Source: Veleropilina oligotropha (lineage: Eukaryota). Taken from it: a DNA stretch of 20,000 nt. A program made the translations under genes and the position numbers. Positions 1 through 12,416 of this stretch are shown in pieces. The stretch lies in NCBI GenBank assembly GCA_048128005.1, contig JBEUKZ010000109.1, forward strand, positions 185,344 through 205,343, in the 5' to 3' direction. The notes under the pieces were generated by a model that was not told the origin of the DNA, did no database searches, and saw nothing but the letters and a program-made list of their open reading frames with translations. Each line of letters opens with the position of its first letter. Positions within the stretch are counted from its first letter, which is position 1.

Positions 1-502
1 ACACACATTCCCAAGAGTATTTGTAGGTCGTGTATATAACTTTTGTGACACATTATTGCAAAAATATGCATTTATTGGGTCCTTTTATGCATATATGCTA
101 TATAACGTATGTCAAATATCAAGTAAATAGCAATGACGTCATTACGATGACGCATTAGATTAATCGTCATTGAGAGACGTCACAATCGACGGGGTGGTAA
201 ACTACTGTACATACACTTCGCCATTGTAACGTTATAACTGTTCTGAAAATTTGACGGAAACAAAGAAATGTCAAGACATATTTCGAACGCGTCGTTCTTG
301 TTTTATATCTGTATTTCTTTGACGTTGCATATTGTAATATTAGACCTGTAGTTGCATAATTAATACAGTTGTAGTTGAGGTACTCAGGGAAGATTGGTTC
401 CAAAACCAACTGTACTGCCTCGTAAAATAAAGAATTTATTATTATTATTATGTCCATAAAATTATTATCGCTAGACCAAAACCTGATCGCACCAGCCAGT
501 AG

Positions 503-725
503 CATGATGATGATGATGATGATGATGATGAATTGATGTTTAACGACCACGCCAACAGTATTTCAGTTATAAATCGGGTCAATCAACTTTGAATGATGAA
601 ATGAAGTGGTGCTGTGTGCAATGGAGACCGAAATCATTGGAATAATCCACGGCACTCCCGTGGCTTGAACCTGTGACCTCTCGTTAGTAGATGCCAGTAA
701 CATACAACTGTGATCGTTAACTGCA
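503..725 (-). mobile_element. Degenerate tRNA-derived SINE with (CAT)n tail
   Basis: The minus strand has a B-box-like GAGGTCACAGGTTCAAGCC (~660-680) and a SINE-type 3' end ATAACTGAAATACTGTTGGCGTGGTCGTTAAACATCAA, followed by (TCA)n, seen as (ATG)n at 504-530 on +. The A box is degenerate and the 5' boundary is approximate. Confidence 0.55.
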
Positions 726-1828
726 CAAAATGTCCCGTCGATGACCAATCAAATCCACTCATGTTAATCAGAGCAGTCCGAGCCTGGCGCGTGAACGGTG
801 CACACTTTTGAACTATGCAACCAGGCGACATTAATAAAGTTGGACGTTGCATTGTTGAATGAGAAATATCTTTTTTTAGAATTGCAAAATTAAATCAAAG
901 GAGTTGTATTGAATGTCTGGTCTAATATTATTATAGTAGCATGGGTTTCAATGATACGGTTCATATTTAAGATTTCTATTTAAGTTTCTTTGCCAATTCG
1001 ATTAGATCCAAGTATTTCTCATTCAATTAGGACCATTTCGCTGCCTATTGATGTCAACCTCTAATCTGGGCCGCCCCGGTAGCCGAATGGATAAGAGAGC
1101 GGATTTCGAATTAACTCCTTTGAGTGCTCTGTCAGGAGTGCATTAGAACCCAGGTCAGTAGGAAAGTGGTTTCCATGGGTCATGTGAGTGGAGGGGGGCC
1201 CAGGCGAAGAAAATTTTTGACAATTAACAGTGTGAAACTCCCTCTCCTGCATTCTGAGAGCACAAAAGCAATATTCCTTAATAAAAAAATTTAAACATTA
1301 GTAAATTTTTCGGGGGTTTTCCCCATATTGGAGGGCATGCCGAATATTGGTGCGCTAGCCGTCGGACCGGTTGCTACGGCCCAGGAACCTCAGTTGGGGC
1401 TGAAGATTTAAAAATAATGAAACGCGATCCGCTTTTAATTACCTCGCACCGAGTGACATTTTCAATTGACCAAGTTGGAGCCACATTGCGTAGGTTTCTG
1501 TTCGTCAAGTAAGAAAGCTTTCTAATTGACAATAATATATATTGCCCAGTTACATTAATAATTTCAATAAAAAGATCATATATCGATAATATCTTCGCAA
1601 AATTTGTATCAATCTGTGAGAACCGTGCGATAGTGGGCGATTAGACATGCTACACAGTCACGAAAAGAGCGCACTTACGGGCAATAGTCTCTTTAATAAT
1701 AATCGTTATGTCAATGATGCAATGTGCTGGTCTCAACCTATATCACATGGACATGCATCGCTGCTGTTTAATACAGTTCTCGATTTTACGTTTGATGATT
1801 AACATAGTTCGCTGTTAATTAACTGTTA

Positions 1829-1988
1829 CTAGAGGTGAGCCGCCGGCCATGTGGGCCTTCATTCCTGTAACAAGTCGGTATGACCAGAATTCTATCTTTA
1901 GCCCATGGCCTCAGTAGCTTTGCCAGAGTGTTTAACCTAGCATGATACCGGGAGGGAGGGACGGATTGGAGTTTTAAATATTAGAAGA
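1829..1988 (-). mobile_element. Short non-autonomous Helitron
   Basis: The minus strand starts A|TCTTCTAATATT (1988) and ends with hairpin GGCC-CACAT-GGCC followed by GGCGGCTCACCTCTAG|T (CTAG at 1829-1832). It has an A|T insertion site and an internal GGGA microrepeat, the same layout as 13237-13494. Confidence 0.5.
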
Positions 1989-2641
1989 TTATATAATATA
2001 AAATTAAGATAGGCCTAACTATATTATAATTTATATATAAAATTAATAGATAAATGGGTTAATCATCCATCGTAAACCAAATAAAAGCAACGATCCGTGC
2101 CCGTTATATAGCCCTATATTTCTACTATATAATTATAGGCCTACTATATTACTATATCAGTATATTACCGCATAAAATATACTATATAGTGCGTCTTCAG
2201 TATTTCATAATCAGGTTGTCATAATGCCATTATTGGATTCTACAACGTACTGATACAGATACAGGTTGCGCACTGTCAGTGTTAGCTGTTTCAAGGAAGC
2301 GACTGCGTTAAAACACAGGTAAATAAACAAAGCGCCACCATTCATTAATTTGAACCGTTTTAAATGGCATGCTGTTGCAATAAAACCGTCTATTCTAGCA
2401 GGTGAATGTTCGTAGAATTTGCCTCACCTCACAATCCCGCCAGTGACTGTGCATTGTTGATGGTGCCACTCTCTAGTCGATACGGCAAGAAAACTCCGTA
2501 CTTTATTCTTACTATTACGTATGTTATGTAACAAGTGTCCGCGGCGGAGAGTGGCCCCGGCTCACCCGCGTAGACTCATGTGGTTTTGTGCCTCGGTGCA
2601 TTCTCCAATCAGAGAGTTGTCGTCCCTGTCGTACCTTTCTA

Positions 2642-4843
2642 CAGTGGCAGGGATCAGAAAAGTGCTTTAGAAAATGGACATACCCCTACCGGGGGTATAA
2701 CAAGTTGAATCTCGTATCAAATTAAAGGTTATGCCCTCTAGTTTCCAGAAATGATGTTGTACTTTGCAAAATATGTGGGGGATTTTGGGGGAGTGGGGTA
2801 GTTCCTACCCGAAAAATGATGCCAAGTGCTACCTTAAGAAACATGAATGTTCCGACTAACTCGGAGGAATAATCAAAATTAAACTCCAAATACTGCTGTT
2901 TTCATGTTAAGAATAACATGTAGAAATAATTCATGGCTGTTTTAGGGGTTGTATGTATTAATAGAGTCTGCAAACCCCAAAATGACTGTAAAGGGATATA
3001 ACTAAACAACCTTGATGTACACTTAAAATAACTGTATTTGTATCCACTTTCTACAAAAACAATATTTTGAATAAATTTGCCGCAATTAACATGGCAGTCC
3101 TGTGTATCTACACATTTTGTCATTTTCTAACTCATGAATGTATTGTCTCCTGTAACATCAATTTTATTGCCGATGTATTTGCTTATGGTGTTAACAATTG
3201 TTGGACTATGCCAATTGGGGTGTCTGGGGGTTCATACACACAAAAATAGTGCTGTAGTCTCTTGTTCCTATGCCACTGAACTAAGCCGTATACCTATGTA
3301 ATTAGGCATTTCCTCTTATAATTTCAAGTTGCCCCTTACAATCTAGGACTGATTATCAGCAAAACATCATTTTAGTCTTCGATCGTCACCATTCTCATCA
3401 TCATGATCATCTTGCAGCACAGCGACAGTGTTTGAGCAGTCATTGCAGCTGCATATTTCTATACATTTCAGGCTACACATGGACATTTTCTGCCATCAGT
3501 GCAGTCTGTATCTTTACAGTATAGCTGGGTCAGGTCCGGTATTTCCCTGGGGCCTGATTCCTTCAGGCTTGTCACACACTGCAAGCTTTCATCACGTTTA
3601 ACCCATCCGTATTCAGTGGGATCTATCATTCTGGGCTTTTCAATGTGGCTACTGCACCAGATCATTGTCTGGAACTTTGCAATAGAGCATGTTGCCTAAA
3701 CGCATCATCAGTGGGTGAAAGGGATGACGCCGGTTTGTCGGTCGTGAACGATAACATGAAGCGCAATTCATCAAGCGTATTATATGATCTGCCCTTGCTA
3801 GTCTTCCCATTCATCAATAGGAGGAATTATCTGGCTGCACCAAGTCCCTCGTCATCTGGACAGTGGAATTCTGTCAGTCCATTCAGAGCCGCTTGGTGTT
3901 TTTGGAGGATGGTGTAGGCAGACTTCTTCCCAAGCCCGAAGAAGCACTTTTGGAATCGCAGCCTGTAAGGGCATGCACAGCAGGTAGGATGCAACACTGT
4001 TCCACCCCAATAACCTCGGTAATTTTCGGTACTGGAATGAACCGCTCCCTGGTGACAAACTTTCCTGAGTGGCCGGCGCGTATGTATACATCATTGCTTA
4101 ATATCCCTCTACTTTGGTAGTACAGTAAAAGAACTAGGAAATCTGTATCATCACATCTGACAATTGTGCGAGGGAAAGGTTGACAATACTTGGCATACAA
4201 TATCATTCTGGTATCTGCCTCGTCGTGGGTTGAAAATATCCCCTCTAGATCTCTGGTTCCATGATATGTGAACTCTCTCACAACTTCTCGGTTGAGATGA
4301 CCTCCAGCAATCACAAGTTTTTGTTCTTGAGGAATTCTGTGTGGCGCATTTTCCTCAATGTACTGGCTCAAGAAGTAAATGAGAACTGCTTTGTTCTGTC
4401 CTTACTTTATAGTTTATTATTTTGATTACACATCAATGTTGTTCTATCCCTTTTACCGATATTTAGAATGGAAACTTTGAGAAATAATGCGGGGAAAAGG
4501 GCAAAAATGTCATTTTGGGTTTGACAGACCCACCTAATAATTCATACAACTCATAAAACAGCTATCAATTGTTTCTACATGTTGTTCTCAAAAAGAAAAC
4601 AGGTTTAATTTTGATTTCATATCACCAGGATCACACAATTTGAGGGTTCATTGATGTACATATTTTATGTGCGTTTTGAGACAAAAGGGGTTAAACTAAC
4701 ATGATGTGCACATATTTTGCAAAGCACAACATCATTTCTGGAAAATAAGGAGCATAACCTTTATTTTGATACCAGTTTCAACTTGTTATACCTCCGGCAG
4801 GGGTTTGGTCATTTTTAGAGCTGCTTGCCGCTGGTCTAGACTA
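2642..4843 (-). mobile_element. Academ-type DNA transposon, internally deleted, with long degenerate TIRs
   Basis: 2671-2777 is inverted relative to 4709-4815, and 2870-2987 relative to ~4505-4617, so the TIRs are about 340 bp. The ends read CAGT (2642) and TAGT (minus strand from 4843), at near-equal distance from the conserved TIR core. They enclose an Academ-like transposase C-terminus. The TSD is ambiguous. Confidence 0.8.
3367..4400 (-). pseudogene. C-terminal part of Academ-type transposase (XPG/PIN-like nuclease region plus Cys-rich finger), frameshifted
   Basis: Motifs across frames: NKAVLIYFL, THDEADTRMILYA, DDTDFLVLLL, HALTGCD-S..GLGK, LSPTDDAFRQH, IW...P....PTEYGW, then C..C....CPC...KCIEICSCNDCSN and an acidic tail ending at the stop at 3367-3369. 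There are several frameshifts and the N-terminal catalytic region is absent. Confidence 0.8.
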
Positions 4844-5465
4844 TACGTCATGCTTAGGATAATGCGAGATCTAATAAAATTAGTATAAGGTCAATGTCCT
4901 CTCAAATCGTGCAGGCTATTGTATCGTGTGATTTGTGTTTGCCCCATCAACAACATTTGACGAGATAATATTGATACATTTTCGACACGTATCCTGAGGC
5001 CTACGTGACCGATCGAGTTCTGAACATAGCAAAAGTTGAGGATATGTTGAGAATTCGACTAGATAACGTGCTTTATATACAATTGGCTACTTATAGGCCT
5101 ATTAATCAAGACCTATAGGCTATGTACCAATAGCTAGGGCCTACCTTGATTTATATGTTTTGGGTTAGTGTTAATACTGAGATAGGTACGTATGACATAA
5201 TTGATTAAAGGGAAATTAGCAGAAGCTTATAGCTGTTTAATAATTATTTCTTAATTGTGTGCTTTGCAAAGTCACATGATTTCCATATTATGCTTATGCC
5301 TATATTTCATAAGTGAATGTAATTGTGTGCATTTCAACTATATAATTATACTAGCGGGCACACCAGTTTACAAACGAGTGATTCCACTGAAATCTCCCTC
5401 CCCCCATTATCCCTTCCATTCCTTCATCCCCACCATTTCCCCATTCTCCCCATCCCCTCACACAT

Positions 5466-5605
<140 letters not shown>

Positions 5606-5650
5606 AAATCACTGGTGGCACTTTAAAGACTAACTTGTTTAATGAAATTT

Positions 5651-5687
5651 GCTTGAGCTTTCGTAACACAGTTACTTCGTCAGAACC
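5651..5687 (-). ncRNA. Minimal type I hammerhead ribozyme motif, antisense copy in left pLTR (stem I mismatch)
   Basis: The minus strand reads GGTT-CTGACGA-A-GTAAC-TGT-GTTAC-GAA-AGCT-C-AAGC. It is identical to 6947-6983 except for C>G in stem I. Confidence 0.7.
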
Positions 5688-5800
5688 TTGACTCAGAGTG
5701 AGATACATTTCTATAATGTCTACAGAAATGGTACTGAAAATATTCTATGTGACAGATTAATTGACAAAACACATCAGGCAGTTTCCTGCTTCTAGAAATT

Positions 5801-6619
5801 CTAGCAATCCGGTACAACCGAATTTGCTCCGAAATTTCCGACAGAGACTCGAACCTCAGACAACTAAATGAAAACTGCGCAAAACTTAAATACAATTCAA
5901 AGATGGTCTCACAGCAGATATCACGCGCTAAGAAAATTCCACGTAACCAGTTACTGCAATACAAACCAAGAACGAATGCCAACCGGACCCCATTAGTCGT
6001 CACGTACAATCCCCAGCTAAAGCCATTAAAAAGAATAATCAGCGATCTACAACCTATCATTCAAGACGACATAACTCTTTGTGAAATCTTCAAGGACAAG
6101 CCATTAGTCGCTTACAGACAACCCCCAAACCTCCGAAAACATCTTGTCAGAAGCAAACTAACAAACAACAATCCACAATATGGCACAACTCCCTGTAACC
6201 GCAGCAGATGTCAATTATGCGAACATATCAATAAGACCACCTGCATCACGGGACCAAACAACGTTACTTATCAAATCAAGGTCAGTGGCGATTGCAACTC
6301 CTGCAACGCAATATACGCTATTACCTGCGAACGATGCCCATCCTCACTGTACGTCGGACAAACTGGCTGTTCTATACGTTCGCGGATGAACAATCATAAA
6401 TCGGACATTCGCAACAAATGTTCATTAAAACCAGTAGCCGAGCATTTCAATCTTCCTGGACACAGTCTTAAAGATTTCAAATTTGCCATTTTGCTTCGCA
6501 AGGACTTTAAAACTCGTATAGAACGCGAAACAGCAGAACAGAAAATTATCCAAAAACTAGATTTAGTACAACAGGGACTCAACAAAGATTATGGATTCAT
6601 GTCACATTATAAGTCATAA
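5801..6619 (+). CDS. C-terminal part of PLE polyprotein: RT thumb end, Cys linker and GIY-YIG endonuclease (open frame, RT core missing; first Met at 5903)
   Basis: The frame is open from the inversion junction (LAIRYNRICS..., the PLE thumb motif) through RTPLVVTYNP, AYRQPPNL, PCNRSRCQLC, IYAITCERC...YVGQTG...RMNNH, VAEHFNLPGH, RETAE and GLN to the stop at 6619. No stops or frameshifts. Confidence 0.9.
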   Translation, partial: LAIRYNRICSEISDRDSNLRQLNENCAKLKYNSKMVSQQISRAKKIPRNQLLQYKPRTNANRTPLVVTYNPQLKPLKRIISDLQPIIQDDITLCEIFKDKPLVAYRQPPNLRKHLVRSKLTNNNPQYGTTPCNRSRCQLCEHINKTTCITGPNNVTYQIKVSGDCNSCNAIYAITCERCPSSLYVGQTGCSIRSRMNNHKSDIRNKCSLKPVAEHFNLPGHSLKDFKFAILLRKDFKTRIERETAEQKIIQKLDLVQQGLNKDYGFMSHYKS

Positions 6620-6946
6620 TTTCAACAGTTTAACAGTACACACTTCACATTCAAGATATCAACTATGATTTTACAATTACATTCAAAACTAACATGCACG
6701 TTTTATATCATTCTATGCTATATTATTATGCTAGCCAGACTACATAATATTATTTTATCAGTAACTGTATCCATTGCTGTTTACTTATCCAGCCAAATTC
6801 CTGCCGGCTGCTTGCTACAGAGCACTCATCTCGAATTTCTAGAAGCAGGAAACTGCCTGATGTGTTTTGTCAATTAATCTGTCACATAGAATATTTTCAG
6901 TACCATTTCTGTAGACATTATAGAAATGTATCTCACTCTGAGTCAA

Positions 6947-6983
6947 GCTTCTGACGAAGTAACTGTGTTACGAAAGCTCAAGC
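6947..6983 (+). ncRNA. Minimal type I hammerhead ribozyme motif of PLE pLTR
   Basis: Stem I GCTT/AAGC, core CTGACGA(A), stem II GTAAC-TGT-GTTAC, GAA, palindromic AGCT in place of stem III, and predicted cleavage after C6979. This is the layout of the minimal hammerheads known from PLEs. Confidence 0.85.
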
Positions 6984-7066
6984 AAATTTCATTAAACAAG
7001 TTAGTCTTTAAAGTGCCACCAGTGATTTTATTTTATTTTGTGATAGACTAACACGGCTATTGTTTT

Positions 7067-7588
<522 letters not shown>

Positions 7589-7801
7589 CACTTTATGCCA
7601 TATATCCTCTACATTTCTGTCTTAGCATGTGAAACGATCATTTTACGAGCCAATTAAGGAAATTGTATAATTACACGCCATGTTTGTCAGGAAGACAAAT
7701 GTTAACCAATTATATATAATTAATTTGTGCACAGCTTCGTTTTTAATCCTGTTATCATCTATTCTTGTAAACTGTATATATAGTCTGCGAAAATGTTTAT
7801 T

Positions 7802-7852
7802 ATGTATATATGCCTGATGAGTGACAAAGAGTCACGAAACTAGTTGCTACAT
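7802..7852 (+). ncRNA. Minimal hammerhead ribozyme motif of second PLE
   Basis: CTGATGA (7814-7820), stem II GTGAC-AAAGA-GTCAC, GAA, palindromic ACTAGT, T, then GCTACAT, which can pair with upstream ATGTA(tatat)GC as a bulged stem I. Confidence 0.75.
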
Positions 7853-7930
7853 AAAAAGAACATTCAGAGGACTATATTTTAAGTTTTCTTTTATTATATT
7901 TCAACCACATATAGGACTTTATTGTCTTCC

Positions 7931-8060
<130 letters not shown>

Positions 8061-8773
8061 GCCAGAATTCCTTAACTGTCCATTTTGGCGTCTACTTTTT
8101 ATCTCAAATAAATGGTGTTAAAAAGTGGATATTTATACCTAATTTGAAAGTATTAGTCTCCACACAACGTCCAAAAAGATCAGGACTCGGGCTTGATTTT
8201 TTTTTCCCGAATCGCTATGTGCAAGAAGTCCATGTCTGTTTAGATGTGTTATCCTTTACAATGTGTAATTTAATATGAACGTTGGTCATTCTAACAGTTA
8301 AATAATGATAACCTAAAGCAATAGGTTTATACATATTGATTTATATAATTTGCTTGTAAAAAAAACTAAAATTGAATAGGCCTACTAATGTCTCAAACAT
8401 GCTATATAAAATGACTGAAGTGTCCAACATGTAATATTTCGTTTTCAAAAGCAGAAAATCCATAAGACTTTCGTTTAATGTCAAAATCTAGGAACAGGCA
8501 TGATAAAATTTAAAATAATTTGATATATAGCATTATCCTAATGCCGATTAGGTCAGGCATATTTGATTGTTTTGAACTGGTATTGGAATGTACAAACACG
8601 TCTCATAAAATAGTACTAAAATGTAAAGGAGAACACGTCAGTAAATTATTTTAATGTATTCTTTTTATTCTCGGTATTGGTAAATCAGTGATTCACTACC
8701 ATGGTATATTTTTGCTGTTTGATTGATTCCACTACGTTTATTCCACTTTTATAATGCTAAAGACATGAATCAA

Positions 8774-8884
8774 TACAAGAAATCATATCAAATGACCATT
8801 ATCTATTTAATTTGACAGGAATTTGCAGTACAAGAAATCATATGAAATGACCATTATCTATTTAATTTGACAGGAATTTGCAGT
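8774..8884. repeat. Tandem duplication, 2 x 55 bp
   Basis: TACAAGAAATCATATSAAATGACCATTATCTATTTAATTTGACAGGAATTTGCAG occurs at 8774 and 8829 with one mismatch. Confidence 0.95.
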
Positions 8885-9149
8885 TAAAATGGATTTCAAA
8901 AAATTAGAACACACATGATTATTTAATGAGATCGACATAACTAATCGTGTGGCTTGTTCTTTAGAACAATAGGCACAATTCCATGTTTTATTCAGCATGT
9001 AGATTAACTTCATTGCTAATAAAAAGTGTAAAGGAGAACACCAAATTATAGTGTTATCTCATATATGGATATATCCAGAGAAAAATACACAGATTACAGT
9101 TGTCAAGCCTGTCGGGAATTGAGCTGTGAACATCCGACTAGAAAATCAG

Positions 9150-9345
9150 ACCAGCTAGCAAATCGATGCAATATGTAACATATTCAATGGGCACAAAGAG
9201 TTCGTCCAGTTGTTGTGGCAATTTAATGTTGTTTAATTTTGCATTTGTGTACTTCATGAAGGTGACATTTAAATGTCTCTGTTTTCTGTGGACACGACTT
9301 GTCCAATATAGTGCCGTTTTCGTTAAAAGCAACAACGAATGAATA
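9150..9345 (-). pseudogene. Possible transposase C-terminal remnant (frameshifted)
   Basis: Joined frames read FVVAFNEN..YIGQVVSTENRDI.VTFMKY.......LPQQLDELFVPIEYV. This resembles the 'V.Y...WYIG.V.....V.FM....F.WP..D...VP' C-terminal domain I associate with Sola2-like transposases. It needs two frameshifts. Confidence 0.4.
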
Positions 9346-9620
9346 AGAAGGAAAGGCCTTGCCTATAACCAATCAGTGAGGATAAGATCCTGGTGTCGTC
9401 TTGCGCTCATTGTCACTGCAACACTTGGAGCATGTACCAGATTAGTGGGATGATTAGATTCATCTTTGTGGACATGACTATATTCTGGAAATCTATATAT
9501 GCTAACGTTAAATACATCAACTAGATGTGCATGATGGAAAACCATAACAGGAGCATCGTTGCATATTCCATGAAATTGTATCCTCCTTCAAACTTTAATC
9601 TCATCTTATCATATGTATCT

Positions 9621-9722
9621 ATGAAACTTAAATCTCAACATGACCCCTGAATCCATGAAACTTAAACCTCAACATGGCCTCTGAATTCATGAAACTTAAT
9701 TATCAAGTTAACCTCTTAATCC
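9621..9722. repeat. Minisatellite, 3 x 34 bp
   Basis: ATGAAACTTAA...TCAA...CC.CT.AAT.C units start at 9621, 9655 and 9689. Confidence 0.9.
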
Positions 9723-9849
9723 TTAACCTTTGACATCAGCAGGCCAAAATAGTTGATCATTATATTCCTAAGGACCCAATAAAACTATGATTGGTTTATT
9801 TGCATGCTTATATGATCTACGGTAGATATTGATAATTTTTTGCAGCTGC

Positions 9850-9854
<5 letters not shown>

Positions 9855-9909
<55 letters not shown>

Positions 9910-9950
9910 TACCAATTGACATACTGTTAGTAAAACACACACACACACAC
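9855..9950. repeat. (TA)n followed by short (AC)n
   Basis: TA run at about 9855-9907 and AC run at about 9935-9950. Confidence 0.95.
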
Positions 9951-11459
9951 ATTATTACCAAGCATACCTATTGTGTCTAATGTAAAGACTTAAAGAATTG
10001 AATATCATTGTATCATTCATCTAGTACATAGGGGTCATTATATAATGCCAGATGGTCTTTAGCGAAGAAAGAAAGAAAAACTGAACGTCCTGCCATGGAC
10101 ATCGTTCGATGATGGGAACACACATACATGTGTGCTGGCAACGTTGTTTGGACGAATCATCTAACTCTGAATGTGACGTTACCATTTCCTCGGTCGTATA
10201 AAGAACATACCGGATCATTGCGTTTCCCCATTACCCCACCTCGCGTATTCTTCAATATACTGGCTTGTGTTCCTCGTGTTATACTTATTGCCATTTCAAC
10301 TATCAAGTTCGATGCCGATGCCACCTACGCCAGCACAGACCCCGTTGGCTGATGCCACCTACACCATCATGTCCCCCTCCACGTAGATCCGTGTAGTCAT
10401 AATTCCGACAAACGAGTTATGAACTGTAACCTGCGACATCATTTTGTTGCGGTGTTGGTCGTCAGCAAGTCGCTGGCATCCTGCATTGTATTTTAATTCG
10501 AAATCAAGGTGGCACAGTTTTGTTAAAAGTCTTTTAATATAATTTTGATGTAGAGAATAAATGTTCCAAGAAAGAACACATAAATATCAAAAGCAGTTTG
10601 CATTTTTAAACTAATGAAATGGACATGCAATTCCTTTGTAGTGAAATGGTGTGCTCCTTTACACATTGGTGTTCTCCTTTACATTCAGTATCTCTGCCTA
10701 TCTTCAATGTGTTGCTTTCAAGAAAACCAGTGAAACTCTCTACAAATCATGTGTGACTACTCATTGATTGTTTGAGTGTATCAAACTTTGAATTCAATAT
10801 ACAGTGACAAAATAAAGCCCCTAGAAGCGAAACGACCTGTTTGTTAAAAAGCACGTGTTCGTCTGTTGGCGAGTAAAATGTAAATTGTTTCATGTAAATC
10901 AGTTCTATTTAAAGAGCATGAGCATTCCACACTGACACGTGATGAACACGTGTTTGGGTATCATTATAGGGCCTCCTTTATATCAAAACATCAATGCCTA
11001 CGTAAAGGAGAACACGTAAAGGACAACACGCATTTGCAGTGTATTATGATTTAATACAGGATATCATTATGATATATCAAATAATTTATCCCCATTCTAG
11101 TTACCATCCATAATGGTTTACTCAGAAATATAACATGATGTACCACATGCCTAATTCTCACCAGAAAAGTCCGTAAAGGAGAACACATCCTTAAAAAAAT
11201 GTTATTATCGATTATTTAGTGCTGTTTTTAACTACAATGTTTGCTTTGGCGACATGCACATTTGAGCACCCTTAGGTTAATTCGTTGTCAATTGTAAATA
11301 GATTTATTATAGCAAATGTGACATGTTATATATCGTCGGAAAGCTCTTTCCATGATCTATCTGTTTATGCCATTTAAATCACCATGAATAAACAAGCACA
11401 AGGATATTTATACCGGAGAACACCGGCGACATGAAAGTGGACTGCTATGGAATTCTGGC

Positions 11460-11611
<152 letters not shown>

Positions 11612-11722
11612 CAGTGAACTTGGCCAATTCGAGCGGGCGCGGAAGTCGGATGGGGCAAACAGACACGCACGCAGACAAACAAACAAACAATCAATTACTA
11701 CTTTATATTATGGAGATATAAG

Positions 11723-11996
11723 GGCCGCTCGGACGGTCGTGTGGTTTCGGCTGTGGACTCCAAAAATCACTGTCAATTACTTGATTCCACTGACACGAAC
11801 AGTATAGTGGGTTCGACATGACATGACATGACATTGTTTGTTCAAGTTATGAGTCACAGTTGTCCGTAACTGGTAGGAGAGGATGGGTTTCCCCCGGATG
11901 ACCAAGGATAATATGGACGTATCCTGCTTTTAACCAAACGATGGTTGAAAAATATACATGTAGGATATTAAGTATCGATCATTTCCTTTTACTTTT
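11723..11996 (+). mobile_element. tRNA-derived SINE, family A, diverged copy
   Basis: Aligns by eye along its length with 12417-12683: GGCCGC start, AGTGGGTTCGA, TTTGTTCAAGTTATGA..CACAGTTGTCCGT and a pyrimidine tail. Confidence 0.85.
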
Positions 11997-12416
11997 ATCA
12001 CATATACTTATACACATAAATACATAAATATACATATATAATAACCTTGAGATAACCGAACAATGATAACCGACACCATTCTGCAATTAAAACGATGATA
12101 ATTCACAAACAACAATATTTCAGACTCTAGGCCTACTTAATTTCATTTTACGTAAATTAGGCCCCTCCATATATAAGTACTATGGTTTTAAAATGTGTTG
12201 CGACTCAGAAGCTGTCAAACATTTTTAAGCCGCCCGTACAGTCGACCTACCATTCTCCACTGAGTGTCCGCTCCCGTAGCCGAGTGGTTAAGATTTCTGA
12301 ATCCGAAGTCCCCGATTGTCTGCTCTTTCTTACTACAAGACTGCGTTCGAACCGCGGCATACTTTTTCGGCATACATTCACAATTAAGCATAACTATTGT
12401 TCATAACTGGCCACAA

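Noticed and set aside
167..550. 127-aa ORF with poly-Ile
   Set aside because: It begins in a SINE (CAT)n tail, is low complexity and has no recognisable domain.
1068..1120. tRNA gene (A box TAGCCGAATGGATAAG; similar at ~12270-12305)
   Set aside because: Only 5' heads are present, with no convincing T arm or acceptor stem. These are probably SINE fragments.
1160..1385. Possible hAT-like MITE remnant ending GCTACGGCCCAG
   Set aside because: I found no partner TIR or TSD, so it is too weak to list.
5680..6060. 126-aa antisense ORF
   Set aside because: It is a shadow of the PLE frame that crosses the inversion junction, with no recognisable motifs.
5903..6619. Standalone homing endonuclease or host GIY-YIG gene starting at Met 5903
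   Set aside because: The frame continues upstream into a PLE RT-thumb motif and is cut at the inversion junction. The pLTR, hammerhead and tail identify a PLE.
9621..9722. CRISPR-like periodic repeats
   Set aside because: The units are contiguous 34-bp repeats with no unique spacers, there are no cas genes, and the context is eukaryotic.
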